A stretch of DNA of 64,000 nt from Candidatus Saccharimonadales bacterium (lineage in GTDB: Bacteria; Patescibacteriota; Saccharimonadia; Saccharimonadales; UBA4665). Shown here piece by piece: positions 44,506 to 52,669 of this stretch (the first letter of the stretch is position 1; each line of letters starts with the position of its first letter). Position numbers and translations under genes: made by a program. Below the pieces are notes generated by a model that saw nothing but the letters and a program-made list of their open reading frames with translations, searched no databases and was not told the DNA's origin. Location of the stretch: positions 22,383 to 86,382 of the forward strand of contig JBDSPW010000007.1 in the NCBI GenBank assembly GCA_039930145.1. The letters run 5' to 3'.

Positions 44506-45192
44506 CTATTTGCGCCTAAACGCTTCTAATGAGCCAACTTGCAGTCGGTCGGCAATGCATTCATCGAATATCATGGACATTTCTTGCTGCGTTGCTTCCC
44601 CTATCGGAACACTCAGGTACCCTAACCAAAGTTTTGGGCCGCTGATTGGGGAAGGGATGCCAAGTTTGCCCTCTATCATACGTTTTTCTTTGATATGCAC
44701 TGTCGTTTCGGAAGCATCGACATCTAAGACACGGATAGGAAACGCTACCACATCATATGCTTCAACCCGATTACTCTTCGCACCGGTTTTTACTATATCT
44801 ATTGCTTCACGCGTAACGCTAAGGGGAATGTGGCGAGACGCACCAAGGCCGTTAATAGCATCATCGATTGGCTTGCGATCGATAAGTACATTCGCCGCAT
44901 ATTTACTGAGAGTACCAGTCGCGACATAGCGCAGACTGGCTCCTTCGGGATAAAACTGCGCGTTAACAGATTTCAAGGCATTTTGTAAATCAGTTGGTAC
45001 AGCAATTACCTCGCTCACACATCGGCGCCCAATTATTAACCCACGACCGGGATGTTGAGTGCTATCTCGTTCGCTAGGCATGGCTAATACTGCGTGTTCT
45101 GGCTGTGAACGCGATAAATCACGACTTACTCTTCTAAGCCAAGCGGTATTCGGGTGTTTTTGGGTAAATTTTCTGGGCATTGTATGCTGCAT
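44506..45192 (-). CDS. Orphan hypothetical protein
   Basis: 228-aa ORF with no recognisable motifs. Confidence 0.5.
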   Translation of the reverse strand: MQHTMPRKFTQKHPNTAWLRRVSRDLSRSQPEHAVLAMPSERDSTQHPGRGLIIGRRCVSEVIAVPTDLQNALKSVNAQFYPEGASLRYVATGTLSKYAANVLIDRKPIDDAINGLGASRHIPLSVTREAIDIVKTGAKSNRVEAYDVVAFPIRVLDVDASETTVHIKEKRMIEGKLGIPSPISGPKLWLGYLSVPIGEATQQEMSMIFDECIADRLQVGSLEAFRRK

Positions 45193-45354
45193 CTTACTCG
45201 GCTGTCCTCCTCTTGTCTAGTGAAGTCAGCTGGCATTGCTGCTACAGATACTGAATTTTCCGGCAGGCTTTAGCTAGTCTCGCGGTGCGTGGATGCGAGG
45301 GTTGGGCGTCGGATAATCAGATTATCCCTTATAAGGTGAGGCTAATCTGTCCTG

Positions 45355-45954
45355 CTATGCTACGCGTACCGAGTCAATATCATTTGTCGCACTAGACTGC
45401 CCAAGCAACATATACGGCACTTCGAATTCGCCTGGCTTTTCGGTCGGGACAGTAGCAGCGGCAAGTCCTACGACATACCCGCCTATATCTGACACGTACG
45501 CTACTCGCGCAACTTCGCTATTGGGATTATAGGTGGCACACCCATTTATGATGAGCCCGTGCAGTAGCTGACCGCCCGCCCGACGAAATAACTTTTCGGC
45601 CGGAAACCGCGATGGCGGCCAGTCTTCTGTTGTAGACACTGGAAACATAGAAAGAATGGCATCCACATCGTCTTCAGCAACAACCAGAGTCGTGTCGTAA
45701 ATCTGTGTTTCAACTCGCGTTTGGGAATGTGGCACAAGACGGCGAGCATTATCTGTTCTATCAAGAGTCCAGGCATGCGCAGTATCTACGGTATTTTCAG
45801 TTTTGATTAAGCCGTACGAATAGAGCCCTGCACTGCTATCCAGTAATGGTGCTGCAGGATGTTTTTGGAACATGGCGTAAAAAGTAGGTGCTTGGATTGC
45901 CAAGATGCCTTGGCGGTCATCCTTGTGAAAGCGGAATTCAAGATTTGACGACAT
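45355..45954 (-). CDS. Orphan hypothetical protein
   Basis: 199-aa ORF with its own consensus promoter at 46005-46033. Confidence 0.55.
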   Translation of the reverse strand: MSSNLEFRFHKDDRQGILAIQAPTFYAMFQKHPAAPLLDSSAGLYSYGLIKTENTVDTAHAWTLDRTDNARRLVPHSQTRVETQIYDTTLVVAEDDVDAILSMFPVSTTEDWPPSRFPAEKLFRRAGGQLLHGLIINGCATYNPNSEVARVAYVSDIGGYVVGLAAATVPTEKPGEFEVPYMLLGQSSATNDIDSVRVA

Positions 45955-46004
45955 ATGTATGCTCTTCTGATCGGCTGCGATATTTGCAGCAATAATTATG
46001 CATT

Positions 46005-46033
46005 ATTATACCTTATACTTTTGCATAAGTCAA
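46005..46033 (-). promoter_or_regulatory. Consensus sigma70-like promoter (TTGACT, 17-nt spacer, TATAAT)
   Basis: On the minus strand TTGACT is at 46033-46028 and TATAAT at 46010-46005. It lies about 50 nt upstream of the 45954 start. Confidence 0.6.
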
Positions 46034-46150
46034 TACCATGGGAAGAATTGTTTCAGGGGTGAGTGCGGTGGTTGTTAGTTTTTGATGCACGATAATTTTT
46101 CTGGACGGCGATAGCCGTAAAAGAGCTTATGCTTCCGGTATACAACCGCG

Positions 46151-46846
46151 CTAAATGTTTGTCAATAGATAGGTATCCAGCGACTCGGTATTCAGATCCG
46201 TAACGAGCTGTGCCCCATCAAGGTTAAACTCTCCTACCACGGTGCGGCGGAGGTCAGACATGTAGGCACCGGTTTTTAGGAGCTTCCCCAGGTCTTCGAC
46301 CAGGCTGCGGATATATGTGCCGCTGCCAACTTCGCTGGTAAATGTGACGTATGGGTAGTCGTAGCTGGTGAACGTATTTTTATAAATCATGGCTGGACGG
46401 GCTTCCAGCTCGACTTCTTTGCCCTCGCGGGCGAGTTTATAGGCCCGGACACCGTTAATTTTCATGGCGCTGTACTTCGGTGGGACCTGCATAATGTGCC
46501 CCTGTAGGCTCCGTAGCGCCTCTAGGACGGCCTTTTCGGGCGGAGCAGTACTCGATACGGCTATTTTTTCGCCCTCGACGTCACCGGTCGTGCTGGTCTC
46601 GCCGAGTTTCATGGTCACTTCGTAGGTTTTGTCGTGTTTGCTAAGACTCGTGGCTTTACGGGTATATTCCTTCCCCACCAGGATTACCAGTAACCCCGTT
46701 GCCTGCGGGTCGAGTGTGCCGGTGTGGCCTACCTTGCAGTTCTTGGGCTTTTTACCCTCAATGGTAGCGACAATCCGACGCACATAATTGACCACGTCGA
46801 ACGAGGTCCAATCTTTGGGCTTATCAACCAGTAAAATTCCTTGCAT
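46151..46846 (-). CDS. truB: tRNA pseudouridine(55) synthase TruB
   Basis: GILLVDKPKDWTSFDVV...GHTGTLDPQATGLL. Confidence 0.92.
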   Translation of the reverse strand: MQGILLVDKPKDWTSFDVVNYVRRIVATIEGKKPKNCKVGHTGTLDPQATGLLVILVGKEYTRKATSLSKHDKTYEVTMKLGETSTTGDVEGEKIAVSSTAPPEKAVLEALRSLQGHIMQVPPKYSAMKINGVRAYKLAREGKEVELEARPAMIYKNTFTSYDYPYVTFTSEVGSGTYIRSLVEDLGKLLKTGAYMSDLRRTVVGEFNLDGAQLVTDLNTESLDTYLLTNI

Positions 46847-46932
46847 CTGTATCAGTATACCGTTTTCGCTGTTCCCAGCTCGTCAGTACGACGTTTTTAA
46901 GTAGTCGTAGAACGGGTTAAGACAAAGAGAGT

Positions 46933-46963
46933 GGGGAGTGGGGAGTGTGGGGCTGAGGTGGGG
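46933..46963 (+). other. Canonical G-quadruplex-forming motif (four GGGG runs with loops of 3, 5 and 7 nt)
   Basis: GGGGagtGGGGagtgtGGGGctgaggtGGGG, with runs at 46933-36, 46940-43, 46949-52 and 46960-63. Confidence 0.6.
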
Positions 46964-47014
46964 CGCAGTCGGCGCAAGTGTTGCACGCCTTCCGCGCCCC
47001 TTCCTCGTTGGTGC

Positions 47015-47302
47015 TCAAGCCTTCGGCATGACGAGAAGAACGAACTTCTTTCCGTCTTTACCACCATCAGTGACGTGGTAATGCTGGTCGAGGGCCTTTT
47101 TGATGGCTGGTCCGGCCAGCGGGTTGGTGTAGCTGACGTAGGGCTTGCCCCACCGGTTTCTGCCGATCTGGACCTTCCCAAAATTCCCTGCGACTGTCAC
47201 GATCGCGAAAGAGTATTCGGTCAGGAACACTTCCACCCTCGGAACGACGTGGTTGTTTGCCCAGTCGCCCAGAAGTTGCTCGGCGAGCTGTGCTGCGTCC
47301 AT
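47015..47302 (-). CDS. High-GC orphan protein (island 3, distal gene)
   Basis: 95-aa ORF. The sampled line 47281-47340 is 63% G+C. Confidence 0.55.
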   Translation of the reverse strand: MDAAQLAEQLLGDWANNHVVPRVEVFLTEYSFAIVTVAGNFGKVQIGRNRWGKPYVSYTNPLAGPAIKKALDQHYHVTDGGKDGKKFVLLVMPKA

Positions 47303-47321
47303 GATCGCCTCCTTCGTGAGT

Positions 47322-47735
47322 CTAGCGCGGGTGCATGTTGCGAAGCGCGTACGGAACCCGGATCTCGGGGTCTCCTTGGTCGACGCGCCGCAACACCGGT
47401 CGAAAACCTTTCATCTCGAGTGCATGAGCGATGATGTTCACCACTTCCGGCATCGATACATCGGGCATCTTCCGGTTGAGGTAAATGGTCACCCCGTATT
47501 CGGCACGGTCCTGCTGGCTGTTGCAGGAGTAGTCGGCAAAATCGCCAAAAAAGACTCCTTCTGACGGCGGTGACGCGACGAAGTACTCGAAATCGGTGAT
47601 GATTTGTCCGATTACAAATGAGGTGTCCATCGCTGGCATCGGCTCCGCAGAAGTTGCCGGAACATGGTGCCACGGCTGAAAGTACGAAACCGTACTGCGC
47701 CTTCTAAAAAGCCAGAATGGCCACATGGTGATCAC
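47322..47735 (-). CDS. High-GC orphan protein (island 3, middle gene)
   Basis: 137-aa ORF with a GAGGAG RBS upstream of the ATG. Confidence 0.55.
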   Translation of the reverse strand: MITMWPFWLFRRRSTVSYFQPWHHVPATSAEPMPAMDTSFVIGQIITDFEYFVASPPSEGVFFGDFADYSCNSQQDRAEYGVTIYLNRKMPDVSMPEVVNIIAHALEMKGFRPVLRRVDQGDPEIRVPYALRNMHPR

Positions 47736-47740
47736 TCCTC

Positions 47741-47869
47741 TCAGTCGACGGGGCGAATAGGCTGCTGCTGGCGACCCTTGTGGGGGTCGGAGTTGGCCGA
47801 CGCGTTCCGCGCGTGATCCTTCATGCGCTGCTGCCGGGCTGCCTGCTGTGGGTCAACTTCTTGTGGCAT
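47741..47869 (-). CDS. Possible 42-aa Gln/Arg-rich small protein (island 3, first gene; below the ORF-track cutoff)
   Basis: My own translation gives MPQEVDPQQAARQQRMKDHARNASANSDPHKGRQQQPIRPVD. Its stop is 3 nt before the next gene's RBS region. Confidence 0.35.
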   Translation of the reverse strand: MPQEVDPQQAARQQRMKDHARNASANSDPHKGRQQQPIRPVD

Positions 47870-47925
47870 GGCGACACCATACCCTCTCTCTTTGTCTTGC
47901 ATTGGCCGATTTGGTCAATTTGCAT

Positions 47926-47953
47926 ATTATAGTACTTTTTCTGCAATTTTCAA
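47926..47953 (-). promoter_or_regulatory. Sigma70-like promoter (TTGAAA, 16-nt spacer, TATAAT) upstream of island 3
   Basis: On the minus strand TTGAAA is at 47953-47948 and TATAAT at 47931-47926. Confidence 0.55.
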
Positions 47954-47983
47954 CATTGCTTGCAGCTCCCCGGCCCTCTCGAC

Positions 47984-48104
47984 GTTCCCGGCCAGACTGT
48001 AGTAAATCGACAACGAGCTTCATTGGCGAGGATTGTGTGAGCGAAGCGCTAGCGAGCGAGTTCCGCAGCCAGTTGTCGTATTTGACTACATGTCTGCCGA
48101 GAAC
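47984..48104. repeat. Imperfect ~31-bp inverted repeat (long hairpin with a ~57-nt loop)
   Basis: Left arm gttcccggccagactgtagtaaatcgacaac (47984-48014). The reverse complement of the right arm (48072-48104) is gttctcggcagacatgtagtcaaatacgacaac. Both arms resemble 54589-54622. Confidence 0.6.
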
Positions 48105-48114
48105 TAAAGAGTCG

Positions 48115-48182
48115 GGCCTTGAACTTTTGCATACTTTTGGTTCAAGCCAAAAGTATGAACTTGGTTCTTGGTCGCAAGAACA
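48115..48182. repeat. 68-bp repeat, copy 1 (67/68 identical to 54846-54913)
   Basis: ggccttgaacttttgcatacttttggttcaagccaaaagtatgaacttggttcttggtcgcaagaaca. It contains the 10-bp hairpin ATACTTTTGG/CCAAAAGTAT. Confidence 0.9.
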
Positions 48183-48292
48183 TAACGGAGGTTCCGATCA
48201 AAAAGTGAATTCTTGATTACATCTGCGAGGGTGGCATATGTTCATATGCCTTATTGCCTCGGAAAGGCCTTATCCGCAAGCGGCTATGCCTT

Positions 48293-50182
48293 TCACTGCG
48301 GCAATGGTGGCATCATTGGAGGTGGAACTGGCGGCGGCGAGTTGGGATTTTGATTCTGAGTGTTGGTGGGTGGCATAACCTGTGGTGGTGGCACCTGCAA
48401 ACCGCTCATGGGAGGCAGCGGCATGTCGAGCGGTTGGTCGGCCGGCGAGAGCGGATTTGGAGCGGGCTCGTTCACAGATGCTGGCGGATACGACGGCAAT
48501 TGAAGATTGCCGTTTGCATCGAGGTGCAGTTCGGTGCTTGGAGCTGGCGCATCGGGAGGTGTTGGAGCGGTATCGTGCTGGATATCGAGCCCCGGCTGTG
48601 CGTTCAGCGCCACAATTGCTTCGGGGGTGGCCGGTGATTCTTGCAGCGCCTTTAGTACTTCATCGCGGGCAGAATCAATATCTTCTCCGAGCTCTGGTGC
48701 GGCATGTGGGCTGTGCACATCTTGTTCAATTTCGGAGAGAGTTTTACCCTCGTCAGTTTCAGAGGCTGGAGCAGCGAACGAAGGTGTTGGGGTGGACGGC
48801 GGGGTGAATGGCTCGAACGTTGGGTTTGACGCAGGTGTTTGCGTCGTAAGCTCTGCTTCGCCGAGTGGCGAAACAACGGGCGCGGCCGGCTGGTCTTCGG
48901 GAGCAGGCATTGCGGGTTCGGCAGGCGTGTCATCTTTGTGTTCATAGTCGTGGCTAAGCAGCTGCTGACTGTTTGAGCCAGGAGCTGTGAGTGATTCGAT
49001 AGGGCCGTCGAGGGCCTCGGGCTTGGTGTTTGCAGTAAGGTTACCATTCTGGTCCGCCGCGTAGCCTATCCCGGTCATTTCGGCAGCTTCGGGTCCGACT
49101 GCTTCTGGTGCAGACGCCAACATGCTGTCGTGTTCATGTAACTGCGTAATTTGTGGCAAATCGTGCTCTTCCTCTTCGGGCAAATTTGGAAGTTTAGGTT
49201 CCAAGGCAGCGTTAAAATCATACGGCTTGTCTAGTTCGGCTGGAGGCTGGATGGTTTTATGATCATCCGCAGATAACAATGGCGTGTCTGATGGCCCTTG
49301 TCCGTCGGAGGGTTGTCCACTGGGAGCATCCTCGCGGCTCGCCTCGTGCGCAATTTCGAGTGTGCCATTATCGTCTTTAGGTTGTTCGGGCAACGGAGCG
49401 CTTGTGTCTACAGAGGGTAGTTGGGCGGGTGTTTCCTGAAGTTTAGTTGCCACTAGTTGTTGGTTGGCACCGGCGGCCATGAGTTCGGCACTGATACTCA
49501 TAGTATTTGACGTGGTGTGTGAGTTACTAAAGCGATCGGTCTCGGCGACGATACCAGTCAGCAACGCTGTGGCAATTTGCTCGTCGAGGAGCGGTTTGTC
49601 TTTGTCTTTTGCCAAATCTTTCGCTAGTACTGCGACGAGTTCCGAAATACTGCTCGCATTAGTGTCCTGCCAGTTGATACTGCCCAAATTGCCATTGTTG
49701 GCGTTATTAATACTTGTAACGGTGGCGTCGTGCAAGATACGACCGTGCTCGGTAATTGCCTGGTCCAGCTCTTGCTGTTCGTGCGCGCCAAGCGCTACAA
49801 CAACATCAACATTGAAGTCCCCCTGCGAGAACTCCAGATCGTCCTGGCTGATCGAGGTTTTGTACGGGGTAATAAAAATGCGGACTGATTTGTCCTCGAC
49901 TTTGTAGCGCAGTTTGTCAGCTTTGGATTTATCGAGAGCAATGATGAAATCGCGTAGGCTATCGGTGTTCTTTTCGAGCGTTTCTTCGGGTTTCAAGAAC
50001 TCCATAGTCGACGGAATATCGCCGCTAAAGACAGCAGTGGCGTGCTTGTCGAGCTTATTGAGAATAATCGTCAACCCAATACAGGCACTCAAGAGATCCA
50101 CAGTTGGGTTATTGCGAACCGTCACCAAAATATTGTTGGCGGACTTGAGCTTTTCTACCAGCTGTTGTTTTTGTTCATTCAT
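48293..50182 (-). CDS. DHH/DHHA1-like (NrnA-like) protein with degenerate catalytic motifs and a ~330-aa Pro-rich disordered C-terminal half
   Basis: The N-terminal half follows the NrnA pattern, but DxD/DHH positions read VRNNPTVDLLSA and ALGAHEQ. LLTGIVAETDRFSN is retained. The tail ends ...PPPQVMPPTNTQNQNPNSPPPVPPPMMPPLPQ. Confidence 0.5.
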   Translation of the reverse strand: MNEQKQQLVEKLKSANNILVTVRNNPTVDLLSACIGLTIILNKLDKHATAVFSGDIPSTMEFLKPEETLEKNTDSLRDFIIALDKSKADKLRYKVEDKSVRIFITPYKTSISQDDLEFSQGDFNVDVVVALGAHEQQELDQAITEHGRILHDATVTSINNANNGNLGSINWQDTNASSISELVAVLAKDLAKDKDKPLLDEQIATALLTGIVAETDRFSNSHTTSNTMSISAELMAAGANQQLVATKLQETPAQLPSVDTSAPLPEQPKDDNGTLEIAHEASREDAPSGQPSDGQGPSDTPLLSADDHKTIQPPAELDKPYDFNAALEPKLPNLPEEEEHDLPQITQLHEHDSMLASAPEAVGPEAAEMTGIGYAADQNGNLTANTKPEALDGPIESLTAPGSNSQQLLSHDYEHKDDTPAEPAMPAPEDQPAAPVVSPLGEAELTTQTPASNPTFEPFTPPSTPTPSFAAPASETDEGKTLSEIEQDVHSPHAAPELGEDIDSARDEVLKALQESPATPEAIVALNAQPGLDIQHDTAPTPPDAPAPSTELHLDANGNLQLPSYPPASVNEPAPNPLSPADQPLDMPLPPMSGLQVPPPQVMPPTNTQNQNPNSPPPVPPPMMPPLPQ

Positions 50183-50271
50183 GGTTTTTTATTTTGAATT
50201 TAGGCTTACCTCGAAAATACCATATATGCTCATGCTTGTCGAGCAAAAATGTGTGGGCAGCAGCACTCTGG

Positions 50272-51384
50272 CTACCAGTTGGGCGGACAATCAGGCACTA
50301 CGCTGCCGTCATCCCACAAGTTGTTGGTCCAGACATTGCCTGGGGGTCGTGTGTATACACCGTTACTAAAGGTACAGAATGCATCGTGCGAGTCGTAGAT
50401 TGCACAGTTGCCGCTTGGACCCTTCTGGAAAATATTATCGATAAACGAAATGTCGTGAGCCGCATTAGAAAATGCCTTGCCTGGTGACGAGCCGCCATAG
50501 GCACAGAATGCACCAGTCCCCTCAATAAAGAGATTCCGCTTGATGAGATTATTTGTAATGGGAGCCCAGTCGCCGTACCCCGTCAGACCCGCCGAACAAC
50601 CTCCATCTGGTGGAATTTGCGGCGCATCACACCTGACGGAGTTGTGAATAACAGTAGTAAACTGCCCCATGCGAATACCAGACTCATGATAGCTACCGCT
50701 GTTATCCCAAAATTGCCCGTGCACGTACGAATCTTGGATGGTGCAATTATTGTCGCAGTACGACGAACGGTTCCCCCCATATAAGTGAACACGTATGGCG
50801 GTGAAGTTACCTTGCGACAGCGCTGTCCCGGCATTGTTACCGGCATTAATTTCGGTATCACTTATTGTCAGATAGGCCGAAGGATAGGCGACCTGGTCGA
50901 TCCAGATAATGCCGGTGATTTTGGAGCGTTTGATCTGTACGCCACTGGCGCGCACTTCGATATCACATGTTATATTTTTGGCATCAATAACAGTATTTGC
51001 GGTTGTGATGGTACAAGGGCCACTGTAGCTTGTAAGCGTCGTTCCGGTTGGAACACCGGTGGTAGTCGCTCCCGGGAAACAGCCACCCCATAGGTCGGCG
51101 CCCCCTGCTACCTTCGGCGTAGCGGATGCACAGGCGCCCTGAACAACCGGCGCAGTAAACTTTATTGCGCTACCGCCCGATGCAGAGGTATCGGCGATTA
51201 AAGCGGCATTGGTGGCTCGGGTGCCGGACTCTGCTTCCTTGGGCACAACAGAGCCAGCTGCACGCACACCGAGTAGAATCGCCCCGACCACCACGATGGC
51301 TCCAACTGCCACAAGTGCGATAGCAAGATTACTCCGGTGTGCGGAGTAAAAAGTTATTGGCTTGCGTATAAGTCTGGCTTTCAT
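50272..51384 (-). CDS. Membrane-anchored right-handed parallel beta-helix protein (paralogue B)
   Basis: TM anchor, the shared module AAGSVVPKEAESGTRATNAALIADTSASGGSAIKFTAPVV, and PbH1-like repeats (ISDTEINAGNN, IHNSVRCD, IKRNLFIEGTG, FIDNIFQ). Confidence 0.65.
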   Translation of the reverse strand: MKARLIRKPITFYSAHRSNLAIALVAVGAIVVVGAILLGVRAAGSVVPKEAESGTRATNAALIADTSASGGSAIKFTAPVVQGACASATPKVAGGADLWGGCFPGATTTGVPTGTTLTSYSGPCTITTANTVIDAKNITCDIEVRASGVQIKRSKITGIIWIDQVAYPSAYLTISDTEINAGNNAGTALSQGNFTAIRVHLYGGNRSSYCDNNCTIQDSYVHGQFWDNSGSYHESGIRMGQFTTVIHNSVRCDAPQIPPDGGCSAGLTGYGDWAPITNNLIKRNLFIEGTGAFCAYGGSSPGKAFSNAAHDISFIDNIFQKGPSGNCAIYDSHDAFCTFSNGVYTRPPGNVWTNNLWDDGSVVPDCPPNW

Positions 51385-51481
51385 ACTCTTGTATTATTGT
51401 GACAAGTACTAAGAACTACATCGTAACTAATTCTGATTACGCTTGCAACTACGTGTGACAAATTACGCGACGCGCTGGCGG

Positions 51482-52600
51482 CTAGAACGAGCCAACTGCC
51501 ACGAGTATCATTTTTGCCGTGTATTCGCCAGATGGCGTCGTAGGGCTGGTTGTGGCACCAAAGGTTATAGTTAGCTCTTCGTTGTTCACGGGGCCAGCTG
51601 TGTCTTGGCGAGTAATTGGGCATCCGCCTGTGTAAGAAAATTCGTTAGTATACAGGCAGTTCGCGTAGCTGAGTAGGCCTGCACTTCCCGGGTCCCAAAG
51701 GTTGAAATCTGCTGCAAGACTACCGAACGCTGGATCTACCCGCAGACCCCACGCTTCCGTACCTGCCGGTAAGGACAAGGGGGTGTAATTAGGGCTAATA
51801 CCTGCAAAGATATGCGATGGAATGGCAAGAGGTGTCGAGCTCCCTATCACGGTTATGCCATTAACAGCGTTTGTTGATACAGAAAATTTTGCAGTGTCCG
51901 TATCAACCTGTGAAGGATCGAGTATCGTTTGTGGGCCGTGCCCCAGCGCTACATTTGGCGCGTCGCCACAGGCAGTTTTGTAGACACAAAATTGCAAACT
52001 TTCCGGCACCTGGAAAATAAAGCCGATGCCCGATGCCGTGCTGAGCGCCACACTTCCCGTTTCGGCAAATATATCGGTGCTCGTCGCCGAATATGTTGGT
52101 GAAGCGGTTGTATACATAAATATACGACCATAAAAACTGCCGGTCGTACTTGGGTTAGTCACACTGGTGATGTCAAAACTTATGGTGTTGCCAGCGCTCA
52201 CGGCTGTAGTGGCGCTGCCAGTATATACAAATGTCCGGCCGCTGTTTTGCGAGCTGGGTGTCCATGTTCCGCCCGGTGTCGAACCATTTACGAGCAGGTT
52301 TGCAGCCGTGGGTGCTCCCACGCTAAAACCCGTAGGAGCTGTACACGTCTGGCCAGCCAGAGGCGAATTACTACAAAAATCAATGACAATCGTCCTGAGC
52401 GAGTAGCCACTGTCTGCCGTAAGAGCCACATGATAAGATACGCCAGTTGCACTAGGCTGTGAGCTGCCGAGAGTCACGCTCCGGCTGTAAGCGTTCGTAA
52501 CCGCAAATGCTGGCGAAGCAGCCCCCCATAGCATCAGTAGGCTGATACTAAAGAAGGTAATTTTTCGTAATGTCTGCCGTGCAGATACTGAGTTTGCCAT
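51482..52600 (-). CDS. Secreted Ser/Thr/Gly-rich protein of unknown function
   Basis: Signal peptide ...LLMLWGAASPAFA/VT. Length is 372 aa. Confidence 0.55.
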   Translation of the reverse strand: MANSVSARQTLRKITFFSISLLMLWGAASPAFAVTNAYSRSVTLGSSQPSATGVSYHVALTADSGYSLRTIVIDFCSNSPLAGQTCTAPTGFSVGAPTAANLLVNGSTPGGTWTPSSQNSGRTFVYTGSATTAVSAGNTISFDITSVTNPSTTGSFYGRIFMYTTASPTYSATSTDIFAETGSVALSTASGIGFIFQVPESLQFCVYKTACGDAPNVALGHGPQTILDPSQVDTDTAKFSVSTNAVNGITVIGSSTPLAIPSHIFAGISPNYTPLSLPAGTEAWGLRVDPAFGSLAADFNLWDPGSAGLLSYANCLYTNEFSYTGGCPITRQDTAGPVNNEELTITFGATTSPTTPSGEYTAKMILVAVGSF

Positions 52601-52669
52601 AGATGTCTTTAGCCAATTATAGTTCAGCCATAAGCATTACACCAACTCATCACCTAGTGAATTCAGCTA

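Noticed and set aside
45985-46012. AT-rich quasi-palindrome aataattatgcattattata as a Xer dif site
   Set aside because: It does not match the conserved XerD half-site pattern (TTATGTxAAxT), and it overlaps a well-formed -10 element. It is more simply read as promoter DNA.
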